This document shows positions 8,686 through 17,909 of a stretch of DNA of 64,000 bases, piece after piece (the stretch's first letter is position 1; each line of letters opens with the position of its first letter). The DNA comes from a candidate division Hyd24-12 bacterium UBA6080. GTDB taxonomy: Bacteria > Fermentibacterota > Fermentibacteria > Fermentibacterales > JCC-6. The notes under the pieces are model-generated. The model did no database searches. It was not told the DNA's origin and was given only the letters and a program-made list of their open reading frames with translations. Where the stretch lies: the NCBI GenBank assembly GCA_002436025.1, contig DIXM01000009.1, forward strand, positions 51,735 to 115,734. The letters are read 5' to 3'. The position numbers were made by a program, and so were the translations under genes.

Positions 8686-10869
8686 TCAGCGCAGGAGCAC
8701 CACCCTCGAAACGGCTGTCTCGCTCGCAGTAAAAGCCTTAACCAGGTAGACACCCGCAGGAGTGCTCTCGTCGGGCGTCCAGACAACGCTCCCCCCGAAA
8801 CCGTCCAGGGTTGCGGAAAGCCTGCCCGCTGTGTCGTAAACCCTCACTGTTACGGGTCCGCTGCCTGAACCGATAACGGAAAGGGTGACCGGACCCCTTG
8901 CGGGGTTTGGCCTGGCGCTTACTGAAAGAAGGGCGGGTGAAGGTCCGGCGATGCCCAGCTGGTCTTCCGTGAGTTCAACCACGCCGAAACCCCGAAGACC
9001 GGCGAAAAGCTGCCCCGGTGTGTCGCCGTAGGCGATGTCCCACACACACCGGTTCTCGATGCCGGTGTTCAGAAGCTGCCATGTGTCGCCCAGGTCGGGG
9101 CTCCATCTCACACCCGTGCTGCCTGTCCCGTTGAAGACGTTGTCGTCCTGCTCCCCAAGCACAGCCCATGACATTCCAGAAGACCCGGGGCACTGCTCCC
9201 AGGTCGCCCCCCTGTCCCACGAACGATGGATGCCGCCGTCGGTGGACAGGTACGCCATGGCATCATCACCCCAGCGGGTGGAGAGGCCGGGATGGTAGGA
9301 ACCTGGAACGGGAGCCGCGTTGAAGGTCGCTCCGCCGTCATCGGACCAGTACACGGCCGTGGCGCTCTGCTGGAAGGAAACAAGTACGCGAAGGCCTCCG
9401 CCCTCGAGATCGATCAGTTCCAACGAAGGGTACAGGGCGAAGGGAAGGCCTGAGCCAGCGGTCCAGCTCTGTCCGCCGTCGGTGGTGTAATGCACGCCCG
9501 TCGTTGCCGTTCCGGCCCACGCCCGGTCAGGGTCTGCGGGGTCGAACGCCACGCTCGAGACCTGTGTGCCGGTGAAACCTGCGCCTGCCCAGCTGTCGCC
9601 CGAGTCATCCGACCTGTAAACACCTGAGGCGGTCGCGACGTACATCACCGGCCCCTGGTAGTGCAGGTCGGACCCCGGAGCGATGTCGTAAATGGTCCAG
9701 TTCGCAGGGCCGGGGTTTACTATTCCCCAGCTTTCGCCGGCATCGGTGCTTTTCCAGAGACCGTGGTATTCACCTGCGGCAAATAGAGTCCCCGTAGCGG
9801 AAAGGTATGACACCGTGTGAATGTAGGCGTTTCCGATGCCCTGCTGAGACACCTGGTACTGGTTGCCCGTGAACAGCGTTCTGTAGACGCCGCCGTTGTG
9901 ACCTGCAAGGTATCCCGCCGAGGATGTGCACCCCGCCTGCCAGTAGGAAGCTGTGATCCCCGAGGTGTTAAGATACCAGTTCGAGCCTCCGTTGGTACTT
10001 TCGTACACCCCGCCGGCCCCGATAACGGGAGCGTAAAGATTCGAGGCGTCGCAAGCCGCCGGGGCGTAACTTGTTCCCGGAACCACAAGATCCCAGTTGG
10101 CTCCGTAGTTGCCGGTCATGTAGAAGCCGTCGCTATGCGTAAGGATGATGGTCTCAGCGTAACCGAAAGGCGCAACGAGAAGCCCCCACCCGGAGCCGGC
10201 AGGTCCCATCGGGCTCCATGAAGCGCCGCCATCGGTGGTTCGGTAGAGAGGTTGGGCCAGGCCGGACATGGCCACATACATCGTGTCGGGGTGGTCGGGG
10301 TCGCACCCGAAGCCTTTCATGAAGCCTGTGCTCAGGCCGACCTCGTGCCATGTGGCACCGCCGTCGACCGAACGCCTTATGCCCGTGTTGGATGAGAGCC
10401 CCGCGATGAGAACGTCCGGGTTTGCCTGTGAAACGCCGATCTTGATGACGTAGGCTGAAGGCATGCCCGGAACCACCGACCAGTTCTCACCGTTGTCGGT
10501 CGATACGTAAAGGCCCGTGCGTGTCGCGGCGTAGAATGTTGACGGGGGGGCGGCGCAAACGTCGTTCACCTGAATGCCGAACATGCTTGTGCCGTTCCAG
10601 GTGACCCCACCGTTCGTGCTTCTCCACACACCGCCTGCATCGGGCGTCATGGAGTAGCCGCATGCCGCCACGACGATGCTGTTGTTGCCCACTGCGGGAA
10701 CAAGTGCCCTCAGGTTGCCCCCCCATGGACCGCTGCCGGTCCACTCCCCCTGCCCTGCGACGTAACCAGGCATTGGAGTTTCGTTGCAGTAGCCGTGAAG
10801 GAACTCTTCCCGTGGGAAACCGGTTTCCGTATCCATCAGCCCCAGTATCACCATGATGACAACAAACAT
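8686..10869 (-). CDS. BNR/Asp-box repeat (sialidase/Ycf48-like beta-propeller) protein with T9SS C-terminal sorting domain
   Basis: At least eleven S/T-x-D-x-G-x-T/S-W boxes (STNGGVTW, STDNGENW, SVDGGATW, TTDGGASW, STDAGESW, TTDGGQSW ...). C-terminus ...ARPNPARGPVTLSV...VRVYDTAGRL...GVYLVKAF...SRVVLLR matches the Por/T9SS CTD pattern. ATG 10869 preceded by AAGGTGG; the track start is GTG 10878. Confidence 0.85.
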   Translation of the reverse strand: MFVVIMVILGLMDTETGFPREEFLHGYCNETPMPGYVAGQGEWTGSGPWGGNLRALVPAVGNNSIVVAACGYSMTPDAGGVWRSTNGGVTWNGTSMFGIQVNDVCAAPPSTFYAATRTGLYVSTDNGENWSVVPGMPSAYVIKIGVSQANPDVLIAGLSSNTGIRRSVDGGATWHEVGLSTGFMKGFGCDPDHPDTMYVAMSGLAQPLYRTTDGGASWSPMGPAGSGWGLLVAPFGYAETIILTHSDGFYMTGNYGANWDLVVPGTSYAPAACDASNLYAPVIGAGGVYESTNGGSNWYLNTSGITASYWQAGCTSSAGYLAGHNGGVYRTLFTGNQYQVSQQGIGNAYIHTVSYLSATGTLFAAGEYHGLWKSTDAGESWGIVNPGPANWTIYDIAPGSDLHYQGPVMYVATASGVYRSDDSGDSWAGAGFTGTQVSSVAFDPADPDRAWAGTATTGVHYTTDGGQSWTAGSGLPFALYPSLELIDLEGGGLRVLVSFQQSATAVYWSDDGGATFNAAPVPGSYHPGLSTRWGDDAMAYLSTDGGIHRSWDRGATWEQCPGSSGMSWAVLGEQDDNVFNGTGSTGVRWSPDLGDTWQLLNTGIENRCVWDIAYGDTPGQLFAGLRGFGVVELTEDQLGIAGPSPALLSVSARPNPARGPVTLSVIGSGSGPVTVRVYDTAGRLSATLDGFGGSVVWTPDESTPAGVYLVKAFTASETAVSRVVLLR

Positions 10870-11068
10870 GATTACCACCTTTCAAAGGCTTGCTAATCCC
10901 ATAAGATAGATGTCACATAAGTATAAGTTGCACAGGTACTTGTACGCAAGAAGCCCAAGGTGCCTATCCCGGGGGCTCTCAATCGGCCACGGTATGAAAC
11001 CGAAACATCCATGAAAAACAGAAGTGTCAACTCTAATTTTCATGGTAAATGATTCCGGTAATGAGAAT

Positions 11069-11086
11069 GGGGAGCCGAAGCTCCCC
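11069..11086 (-). terminator. Stem-loop terminator downstream of tRNA-Gln
   Basis: On the tRNA strand GGGGAGC-UUCG-GCUCCCC, 10 nt after the CCA end. Followed by AUUCUCAUU, which is a weak U-tract. Confidence 0.45.
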
Positions 11087-11096
11087 ATTGACGATC

Positions 11097-11170
11097 TGGC
11101 TGGCGGGCAGGGATTCGAACCCCAATAGGCGGATCCAGAGTCCGCAGTCCTACCATTGGACGACCCGCCA
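11097..11170 (-). tRNA. tRNA-Gln (anticodon CUG)
   Basis: The reverse complement folds as a cloverleaf. Acceptor stem UGGCGGG/CCCGCCA (U1-A72); D arm GUCC-AAUGGUA-GGAC; anticodon arm GCGGA-CUCUGGA-UCCGC; T loop UUCGAAU; discriminator G plus encoded CCA. Confidence 0.92.
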
Positions 11171-11234
11171 ACGGAGTCGGAATTATCGCGAAGCCATATA
11201 TTCCTGTCAAGCATTGAAGCAAAGGAGGGCGTAC

Positions 11235-11609
11235 ATGGGTGAAAGAAGTGAAAACAGACGGGGCGGGCTGATTGTGGCATGGGCCGTTTCAGGGCTCAGC
11301 CTCTATCTGACAAGCCTCATCCTGGGTTCGAGGATGGTTTTCGACGGGTTCTGGAGCATCGCGCTGACAGCCCTTGCCGTGGGGTTGCTGAACTTTCTGC
11401 TGGGACCGCTTCTCTCCCTCATCACCTGTCCCCTCATCATACTGACGCTGGGGCTCGCACGGTTCCTCGTGAGCGGGTTGATCCTGCTGATGGCATCATG
11501 GTGGGTGCCCGCCGGGTTTCACCTGGCAAGTTTCTGGTGGGCCGTGCTTGCGGCGGTGATCGTCGCTGTTCTTAACGGCGCACTGGAGAGGGTGTTCGGG
11601 GTCAGGTAG
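11235..11609 (+). CDS. Small 4-TM membrane protein, phage holin family IV / YvlD-like
   Basis: GLIVAWAVSGLSLYLTSLIL...LNFLLGPLLSLITCPLIILTLGLARFLV... pattern. ATG 11235 preceded by AAGGAGGG. The longer track ORF (from 11049) overlaps the tRNA and is rejected. Confidence 0.7.
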   Translation: MGERSENRRGGLIVAWAVSGLSLYLTSLILGSRMVFDGFWSIALTALAVGLLNFLLGPLLSLITCPLIILTLGLARFLVSGLILLMASWWVPAGFHLASFWWAVLAAVIVAVLNGALERVFGVR

Positions 11610-12255
11610 GAACCGGACGCGCTATTCCGACCGGGGTCTGCTGGGTTCCCTGCCCAAGCGGGTTGTCCGCCAGTATCTCCACAAGGAGCGCGCGATCGAT
11701 GCTTTTCGGCCAGGCTCCCAGGATGTTGCCCCCCAGATCGTTGATGTCCACAACAGCCGCGCCGCAGCCGAACCTTTCCGAAAGACGCCTGGCAACTCCG
11801 TCAGGGTCGAGGGGGGCCAGACTGACAGCCCTGTTGAAGGGGGGAAGGGTGCCGTTCGTGGGGCCGTCTATCGAGCGCGCCCGGGGGCCCGCAACCCTGT
11901 AGAAGTCCCCCTTCCTGCCCAGAAGTTTTCCCAGAAAGCCCGCCGCTGCCGCGAACAGTATCCTTGCGGCACCGCACTCGTCGATGGCGCACTGCATCGT
12001 TTCGGGAATGCCAAGACCAATGCCGGCAGGGGTCCTTGTGACATGACGGGAGAGGAAGACGGCAAGTCTGCCGGGTTTCACTTCACCCTTGTCCAGAAGG
12101 AAATACCGGCCCTGGCTGGCCCCCACCGCCTTCTCGCTCATGAAGAGGATATCGCCGTCCCCCGCAGTGAGGTTTGCCTGGGAAAGCCCCAGTGAAACTG
12201 CCTCGGTAAGGTCGTCACCCTTGAGGATCAGGCTTGTCTTCACGGGGATCCTCAT
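11602..12255 (-). CDS. CofE-like (F420-0:gamma-glutamyl ligase family, PF01996-type) protein
   Basis: MRIPVKTSLILKGDDL...GDGDILFMSEKAVGASQGRY... matches the CofE fold signature. ATG 12255 chosen because GGAGGAAG lies 9 nt upstream; the track ORF extends to 12330. Confidence 0.65.
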   Translation of the reverse strand: MRIPVKTSLILKGDDLTEAVSLGLSQANLTAGDGDILFMSEKAVGASQGRYFLLDKGEVKPGRLAVFLSRHVTRTPAGIGLGIPETMQCAIDECGAARILFAAAAGFLGKLLGRKGDFYRVAGPRARSIDGPTNGTLPPFNRAVSLAPLDPDGVARRLSERFGCGAAVVDINDLGGNILGAWPKSIDRALLVEILADNPLGQGTQQTPVGIARPVPT

Positions 12256-12303
12256 CCAGGTTCTTCCTCCGGCGCGGATTTCGGTTTGCATATATTCACC
12301 CCC

Positions 12304-12996
12304 ATGGAATACGAACTGCTGCTCTCCCACCAGGCTTCACTACTCCCGGTCGTCACGGTGCTTCTGCCATCGGGCAGCCTTGAACAGCACGGAACCGAAG
12401 CGCCCCTGGGATGTGACGCCATCGTGGCGAAACACCTCTGCCTCGAAGCCGGCCGCGAGACCGGAGCGCCGGTCCTGCCTGTGGTCTCATACGGCGATTC
12501 CCTCTCCCACCTGGGCTTCCCGGGCACTTTCTCGCTTGCGACCCGAACGCTGGCACAGGTCTACTCGGATATCCTCGAATCGGCATCACGCAACGGCTTT
12601 CGCAGGTGCCTGATTATAAGCGGTCACGGCGGAAACCGAAGCGCCGCTGAAGACGCCTGCGCCCGCGATTACGGCGGGCTGTCGCCACGGTACCTGGGCT
12701 GGTGGCAGCTCCCCGGCGCCGCGGAAAAGGAGAGGGAGCTCTTTCCAGAAAGCGGTCATCACGTGACCTCCTCCGAGGTTTCCATGGTCTGGTTCCTTCT
12801 TGGTGGAACCCCTCCCGGCGTCTTCACGGGAAAATACCCGCCCTGGCAGGATGTTTTCGGGGACCCCGAAGCATTCAAACTGGCCTATCCCGACGGGGGG
12901 GTTGGCGGGGACATGTCGCAGGTCTCCGTTGCAAAGGGCGCCCTTCTCTTCAACCACCTGGTGAAGGCGCTCTGCCTGGTTGTCCGGGAGCCCTGA
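12304..12996 (+). CDS. Creatininase-family amidohydrolase (creatinine amidohydrolase / ArfB / MftE family)
   Basis: VLLPSGSLEQHGTEAPLGCD...PVVSYGDSLSHLGFPGT...LIISGHGGN motifs. Start is ATG 12304, or TTG 12286 as in the track. Confidence 0.75.
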   Translation: MEYELLLSHQASLLPVVTVLLPSGSLEQHGTEAPLGCDAIVAKHLCLEAGRETGAPVLPVVSYGDSLSHLGFPGTFSLATRTLAQVYSDILESASRNGFRRCLIISGHGGNRSAAEDACARDYGGLSPRYLGWWQLPGAAEKERELFPESGHHVTSSEVSMVWFLLGGTPPGVFTGKYPPWQDVFGDPEAFKLAYPDGGVGGDMSQVSVAKGALLFNHLVKALCLVVREP

Positions 12997-13886
12997 TGGG
13001 AAACCCCTCCGCCTCCCTCAGTAATGTCACGGTTTCATACGGCCGGGTACTGGCCCTCGACGGGTTCGACCTCGAGATACCGTCCCGCGGCGTGCACGGT
13101 CTTCTGGGCAGGAACGGCGCGGGTAAAACAACAGCCATCAGAGCCCTTCTGGGTCTCCTGCACCTCAAGGGCGGCTCGGTGTGCGTTCTTGGGGCCGATC
13201 CCGTGAAAACCCCTGAAACAAGACGCAGGATATCCGTTCTCTTCAGCGAGGACGGGCTTTTGCCTGCGCTCACTGTGATGGAGAACCTCAGTGTCTGGTG
13301 CGGGTTTTACGGCTGCAGCCCCGGGGAATGCGCTGATCTCACCACGGGGTCCCTCGAAGCCTTCGGTATGCTCCATGCCGCGAAAACACCTGTGAAGGAC
13401 CTTTCCACGGGCAACCGCAGGGCCGTGGCCATGGCAAGGGTCTTTGCCGTTCCATCCGACCTGGTGGTGCTCGATGAGCCCACCGCCTCACTTGACCCTG
13501 TAAAGGCGTCCGAGGTCAGGGCCGTGATAAAAGGCTGTGCCGGGGACAGGCCCGTTCTGCTCTCCACCCACAACATGTCCGAGGCCGAATCGGTCTGCGA
13601 AAGCATCACCATGGTGCACAGGGGTAAACGGGTCCTCCACGGTGAGACCGGGGCTCTGACCGCATCGTCGGGATTCTTTGTCAGAACCACGGGGGGCGCT
13701 GTCGTTCACCGGGGCGAAGTCCTTTCCCCCGGACCGGATGGCGCGGTTATCCTGGAAAGCCCCCTTCCCGCTTCGGAGCTTCTCGAAAGCCTGATCGCCC
13801 AGGGCAACAGGGTCGAGGAGTTCAGAAGGGCGGGCCGGAACCTTGAAGATGTGTTCATGAGCCTGGCCAGGGAGGAGGGGGAGTGA
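12996..13886 (+). CDS. ABC transporter ATP-binding protein (ABC-2 exporter type)
   Basis: Walker A GRNGAGKTT, signature LSTGNRR, Walker B LVVLDEPTASLD. ATG overlaps the previous stop (TGATG). The upstream part of track ORF 12702.. lies in another gene. Confidence 0.9.
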   Translation: MGNPSASLSNVTVSYGRVLALDGFDLEIPSRGVHGLLGRNGAGKTTAIRALLGLLHLKGGSVCVLGADPVKTPETRRRISVLFSEDGLLPALTVMENLSVWCGFYGCSPGECADLTTGSLEAFGMLHAAKTPVKDLSTGNRRAVAMARVFAVPSDLVVLDEPTASLDPVKASEVRAVIKGCAGDRPVLLSTHNMSEAESVCESITMVHRGKRVLHGETGALTASSGFFVRTTGGAVVHRGEVLSPGPDGAVILESPLPASELLESLIAQGNRVEEFRRAGRNLEDVFMSLAREEGE

Positions 13887-14602
13887 TCGTTCCGTTGTTT
13901 CGCCGCGAGTACCTTTCCTTCGCCCGCTCACTGGGCCGGGGGGGCTTCATCCGCCTTGTCGTGATCTACCTGGGGCTTTTTGGAATGTACCTTCCCTCAT
14001 CCATCGAAAGCCCTGATCTGGCACTTCTTCCGTTCGTGCTCTTTCCCCTTTACATGGCCGGTCCCGTGGGCATCGACACAATAGCAGGAGAGCGTGAGAG
14101 GGGCACGCTTGAAACGCTTCTGTCGTCACCCCTGGCCCTCAGGGACCTTCTCTGGGGCAAATACCTTTTCAGCGTTGCCGCGGGCAGCGCCTTTTTGTCT
14201 TTAAGCCTTCTGGTGTCGCTTTGCTTCAGGACCTTCCGCGGAATGGAGGTGGCTGAGCCTGGCGCGATCATCGTGGTTTTGCTCACAAGCTTTGTTGTCA
14301 GTGCGTTCAGTGCCGTTACGGGCATGCACGTCTCGGTTCGGGCACGGTCATCAAGGGCCGCCCAGCAGTGGTTCGCCGCTCTTTCAGCGGTGTTTTTCGT
14401 GGCAACGGGCGCCATGCTCAAGTTATTCGCCGACAAACTTTTTCCGGGATTGAAAGGTGTCATTGAAACCGCGTTTGCAGGTGGATGGGAATCACGGGTG
14501 GTGATCGGTTTTGCCGTATTTCTTCTTGTTGTCACGGGAGCCATGCTTTTGTGGCTGTCGGGAAGGATGAGGATCCTGTGGAAACTGAATTCTTTCAGGT
14601 GA
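13883..14602 (+). CDS. ABC-2 type transporter permease
   Basis: Six hydrophobic spans and the ABC-2 hallmark GERERGTLETLLSSP. GTGA overlap with the ATPase gene. Confidence 0.8.
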   Translation: MIVPLFRREYLSFARSLGRGGFIRLVVIYLGLFGMYLPSSIESPDLALLPFVLFPLYMAGPVGIDTIAGERERGTLETLLSSPLALRDLLWGKYLFSVAAGSAFLSLSLLVSLCFRTFRGMEVAEPGAIIVVLLTSFVVSAFSAVTGMHVSVRARSSRAAQQWFAALSAVFFVATGAMLKLFADKLFPGLKGVIETAFAGGWESRVVIGFAVFLLVVTGAMLLWLSGRMRILWKLNSFR

Positions 14603-14901
14603 GCAGCACCGTTGACCGGGAAGACATCGCCTCGCTTCTCGTGAAGAGGGTGGTGAAGGCGAGGCTCGCCGCCTGCGGAAGGGTGTCCGGACCTGTTACC
14701 AGCGTCTACTGGTGGAAGGACGGCCTTCACAGGGAGGAGGAGTACCTGATGGTCTTCAAGACCACCTCCATGGCGGTGAACAAGCTCGTTGAATACTTGA
14801 AGAAGAATCACACCTACGAGAACCCCGAGATCATCGTGACCCCCATCTCGGGCGGTTCAGCCGAATACCTTGATTGGCTGCGCGTTGAAACAAGGGGATA
14901 G
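14578..14901 (+). CDS. cutA: Divalent-cation tolerance protein CutA
   Basis: ...ARLAACGRVSGPVTSVYWWKDGLHREEEYLMVFKT...HTYENPEIIVTPI is the CutA1 signature. Start uncertain: GTG 14578 with GAGGA 4 nt upstream; the track ORF begins 14485 inside the permease gene. Confidence 0.8.
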   Translation: METEFFQVSSTVDREDIASLLVKRVVKARLAACGRVSGPVTSVYWWKDGLHREEEYLMVFKTTSMAVNKLVEYLKKNHTYENPEIIVTPISGGSAEYLDWLRVETRG

Positions 14902-15745
14902 GGTTCGGTTCCTGGAAGCCCGGGCGGTCTCCGAAGCCGTGGCTTCAATGTGCGTTGAAGCGTGTACCCGGCCTTCGGAGGGGTTGAGGGCGCTGCTTGT
15001 CAAGGCAATGTCCGCGTCCCCCATGGGCCCGGGAAGAAGCGCGCTTGACCTTTGTTTGCGTAACCTCGACGAAACAGTTTCCACCGGCCTTCCAATCTGC
15101 CAGGATACAGGCATCGCGGTAGTGTTCGCGGAGAGGGGGAACCGGCTTGTCATCGAGGGAGGGTCACTGCGCGAAGCCGTGGATCGGGGAGTGGAAAAGG
15201 GGTACAGGGAGGGCAGGCTCAGGAATTCACTTGTGAACGATCCCCTGAACCGTACACCCCTTCCTGTCAACTCGCCTGCGATCATTCATCTGAGCGAGGT
15301 TCCCGGCGATTCCCTCACCCTTGAGCTGCTGGTCAAGGGTGCCGGTTCAGAAAACGCCTCGGCCTCAGCCATGCTGCCGCCCCTGGCGGGAGAGGACGGG
15401 ATCACATGTTTTGTGAGGGATGCCGTGCTGGCAAAAGCGGCCTGTGCCTGTCCTCCCCTGTTCCTGGGTGTGGGGCTCGGAGGGAACCAGGAAATGTGCG
15501 GTATCCTCTCCAAAAAGGCTCTGCTGCGCCCTTTCGGGACCCCGGGCGAAACCCCGGCGCAAAAGCGTCTCGAAGAGCGGATCCTTGCCGCCGTGAACGA
15601 AACCGGGATCGGGCCGCAGGGGTTCGGTGGTCCAGTAACCGCCCTTGAGGTGCGGGTTGAGCTTGCGCCCTGCCACATGGCTTCCCTTCCGGTGGCTGTC
15701 TGCATCGAATGCCATGCTCACCGTACAGCGCGGCGGGTCCTGTGA
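14870..15745 (+). CDS. Fe-S hydro-lyase alpha subunit (class I fumarate hydratase / tartrate dehydratase, N-terminal domain type)
   Basis: LPICQDTGIAVVF and GAGSEN motifs of the class I fumarase alpha domain. TTG start at 14870, or TTG 14885. Confidence 0.85.
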   Translation: MIGCALKQGDRVRFLEARAVSEAVASMCVEACTRPSEGLRALLVKAMSASPMGPGRSALDLCLRNLDETVSTGLPICQDTGIAVVFAERGNRLVIEGGSLREAVDRGVEKGYREGRLRNSLVNDPLNRTPLPVNSPAIIHLSEVPGDSLTLELLVKGAGSENASASAMLPPLAGEDGITCFVRDAVLAKAACACPPLFLGVGLGGNQEMCGILSKKALLRPFGTPGETPAQKRLEERILAAVNETGIGPQGFGGPVTALEVRVELAPCHMASLPVAVCIECHAHRTARRVL

Positions 15746-16278
15746 AGCGGATCATTGCAGATTGCGGACCCGGGCCGCTTGAGAAGCTTGAAGCGGGCGA
15801 AATGCTTTATCTCTCTGGAACGGTAATGGCGTGCCGGGACAGGGCACACAGGCGGATGGCGGAACTGCTCTCCTCGGGGATGCCGCTTCCGTTTGACCCC
15901 AGGGGCGCAGCCCTGTTCTATGCGGCCCCCACCCCCGCCCCACCCGGAAGGGTATGCGGCGCTCTCGGGCCCACCACATCACTTCGAATGGACCCCTTCA
16001 CCCTGCCGCTGGTGGCCGCGGGAGTGAGGATGTTCATCGGAAAGGGCCCCCGAACCCCACAGGTCACAAGTTCACTGGCCGCGGCCGGTGCCGTCTACCT
16101 GGCCGCCGCGGGTGGAACCGCAGCCCTGGGTGGCGGGTGCGTGGATTCCTGCGAAGTGGCGGCCTGGGAAGACCTTGGCTCCGAGGCCCTTTACAAGATC
16201 GTTTTGAGGGACTACCCCGTGTTTGTGGCGCTGGACCTCCATGGCGGCAACCTGTTCGAAATGAGGATGCGGAAATGA
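15742..16278 (+). CDS. Fe-S hydro-lyase beta subunit (class I fumarate hydratase C-terminal domain type)
   Basis: LYLSGTVMACRDRAHRRM...GPTTSLRMDPF...IGKG pattern. GTG 15742 overlaps the alpha stop (GTGA). Confidence 0.85.
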   Translation: MKRIIADCGPGPLEKLEAGEMLYLSGTVMACRDRAHRRMAELLSSGMPLPFDPRGAALFYAAPTPAPPGRVCGALGPTTSLRMDPFTLPLVAAGVRMFIGKGPRTPQVTSSLAAAGAVYLAAAGGTAALGGGCVDSCEVAAWEDLGSEALYKIVLRDYPVFVALDLHGGNLFEMRMRK

Positions 16279-17702
16279 AACCCTTCGGGCTTAAGGAAGC
16301 CCTGTCCCGAATCGATGGAATGCCGGATTCCGGAGCGAAGAGAACGACGTTCCTGAAAGCCCTATCCCTTGTCGCCCACGAAAAATGTCAGGGCAAGATA
16401 CACACGCTTCCATCTGTGTCGCGCATTGAACCCGAGTGGCTCGGTGTCTGGTACACCCCCGGCGTTTCCGCGGTGTCCACGGCGATCCGCGAGGACCGGT
16501 CGAAAAGCCTCACAATGACTTCCAGGGGGTCCACGGTCGCCGTGGTTTCCGACTCCACGAGGGTCCTGGGGGACGGAGACTGCACGCCGCCCGGCGGGAT
16601 GGGCGTGATGGAGGGCAAGGCCCTCCTCATGAGCTGGCTTGGCGGGCTGAACGCCGTTCCACTCTGCGTGGACACAAGGAATGAAAGCGGCGCCTCCGAC
16701 CCCTCAAGGCTTGTCGACTTCGTTCTTGCGGCTTCACCCTCCTTCGGCGCCGTGAACCTCGAAGACATCTCCCAGCCGAACTGCTACACGGTACTGGAAG
16801 AACTGAAGCGGAGGTGCAGCATCCCTGTCTGGCATGACGACGCACAGGGAACGGCATGCGTGATCCTCGCGGGACTGATGAATGCCCTGGAGATTGCCGG
16901 TAAAAGGCTGGACGGGGTGAGGATAGTGTTCCTCGGGGCGGGTGCCTCCTGTTCCGCGTCCGCCAGGCTTCTGATCGCCTCCGGCGTGGAACCCGGACAG
17001 ATCGTACTGAACGACTCCAAGGGGTGTTTGTCGCGCTCCCGGATCGATTACAGGGGCGAGGGCTTTTCCTGGCACCGGGAGCTTTGCGGGATAACCAACG
17101 CAGAGCAGTTCCAGAGTTTCGAAGATGCGGTGAAGGGCGCCGATGTTCTGATCGCCGCTTCGGCTCCGGGGCTAGTGGGAAGGGGCCATGTGATGTCCAT
17201 GGCGGAAAAGGCGATAGTCTTCGCCTGCGCCAACCCCGTTCCCGAGATCTATCCCGAAGCCGCTCTCGAAGCCGGGGCTGTGGTTGTCGCTACTGGAAGG
17301 AGCGATCTGCCAAACCAGGTGAACAACTGCCTGGGCTTTCCCGGCATACTTAAGGGGGTCCTTCTTTCCGGTGCCTCGGCCATCAGTGACGGAATGGCCA
17401 TCGCTGCCGCCAGGGCCATTGCACGGGCAGGCAGATCAGGGGATTTCGGCCCCGGGAACATTATGCCAGGCGTTGACGATCCCGGGGTTCACGCGGCGGT
17501 CGCCGCAGCAGTGGCCGAGCAGGCGGTCGCGGAGGGGCTCGCATCACCTTCGGTCGACCCGCAGGATGTGTTCCGGCGCGCGATAGAGGACATCGGGCGC
17601 GTCAGGCGTTCCCACGAAGCCCTTCTCGGGGCCGGGCTTCTCAATGACGTCCCGGACGGGGAAGTCATGATGGCGTTCCGGGAGGCTGTGGGCAAAGGCT
17701 GA
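16275..17702 (+). CDS. NAD(P)-dependent malic enzyme (oxaloacetate-decarboxylating malate dehydrogenase)
   Basis: VWYTPGVSAVSTAI, VVSDSTRVLGDGD, FGAVNLEDISQPNC, VWHDDAQGTA and the Rossmann motif FLGAGAS. ATG 16275 overlaps the previous stop (ATGA). Confidence 0.9.
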   Translation: MKPFGLKEALSRIDGMPDSGAKRTTFLKALSLVAHEKCQGKIHTLPSVSRIEPEWLGVWYTPGVSAVSTAIREDRSKSLTMTSRGSTVAVVSDSTRVLGDGDCTPPGGMGVMEGKALLMSWLGGLNAVPLCVDTRNESGASDPSRLVDFVLAASPSFGAVNLEDISQPNCYTVLEELKRRCSIPVWHDDAQGTACVILAGLMNALEIAGKRLDGVRIVFLGAGASCSASARLLIASGVEPGQIVLNDSKGCLSRSRIDYRGEGFSWHRELCGITNAEQFQSFEDAVKGADVLIAASAPGLVGRGHVMSMAEKAIVFACANPVPEIYPEAALEAGAVVVATGRSDLPNQVNNCLGFPGILKGVLLSGASAISDGMAIAAARAIARAGRSGDFGPGNIMPGVDDPGVHAAVAAAVAEQAVAEGLASPSVDPQDVFRRAIEDIGRVRRSHEALLGAGLLNDVPDGEVMMAFREAVGKG

Positions 17703-17909
17703 GAGATCCGCGCCGCTCTTGACGCAAGCTCTTCCTCCTGTGATATCGCTTCCGGGGAAAGAACTGGAGGAGCAGCGATCGCCGACAAGAATTCCACCGG
17801 CCCCGACCACACAGGGGGCTCGTTCCAGATTGACACACTTCTGAAGGCCGTCATTGACAATGTCGCTGACTGCATCTTCATCAAGGACATCTCCCTTTCC
17901 TACATTTTC

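Noticed and set aside
11049-11234. Front part of ORF 11049-11609, and ORF 10882-11280 on the opposite strand
   Set aside because: Both run across the tRNA-Gln gene. The membrane protein has a good internal ATG with an AAGGAGGG RBS at 11235.
10879-11234. tRNA-Gln flanks considered as an integration site of a mobile element, because the segment is relatively AT-rich
   Set aside because: No integrase, no direct repeat of the tRNA 3' end and no phage or IS genes were seen. The AT-rich stretch is better explained by the promoters of the BNR gene and of the tRNA, together with the tRNA terminator.
17700-17702. Possible TGA read-through or recoding that would fuse the malic enzyme to the histidine kinase, since both are in the same frame
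   Set aside because: TGA is used as a genuine stop by many genes here, often within ATGA/GTGA coupling overlaps. Being in the same frame has a one-in-three chance. No SECIS-like hairpin was noticed, and a malic enzyme-kinase fusion is biologically implausible.
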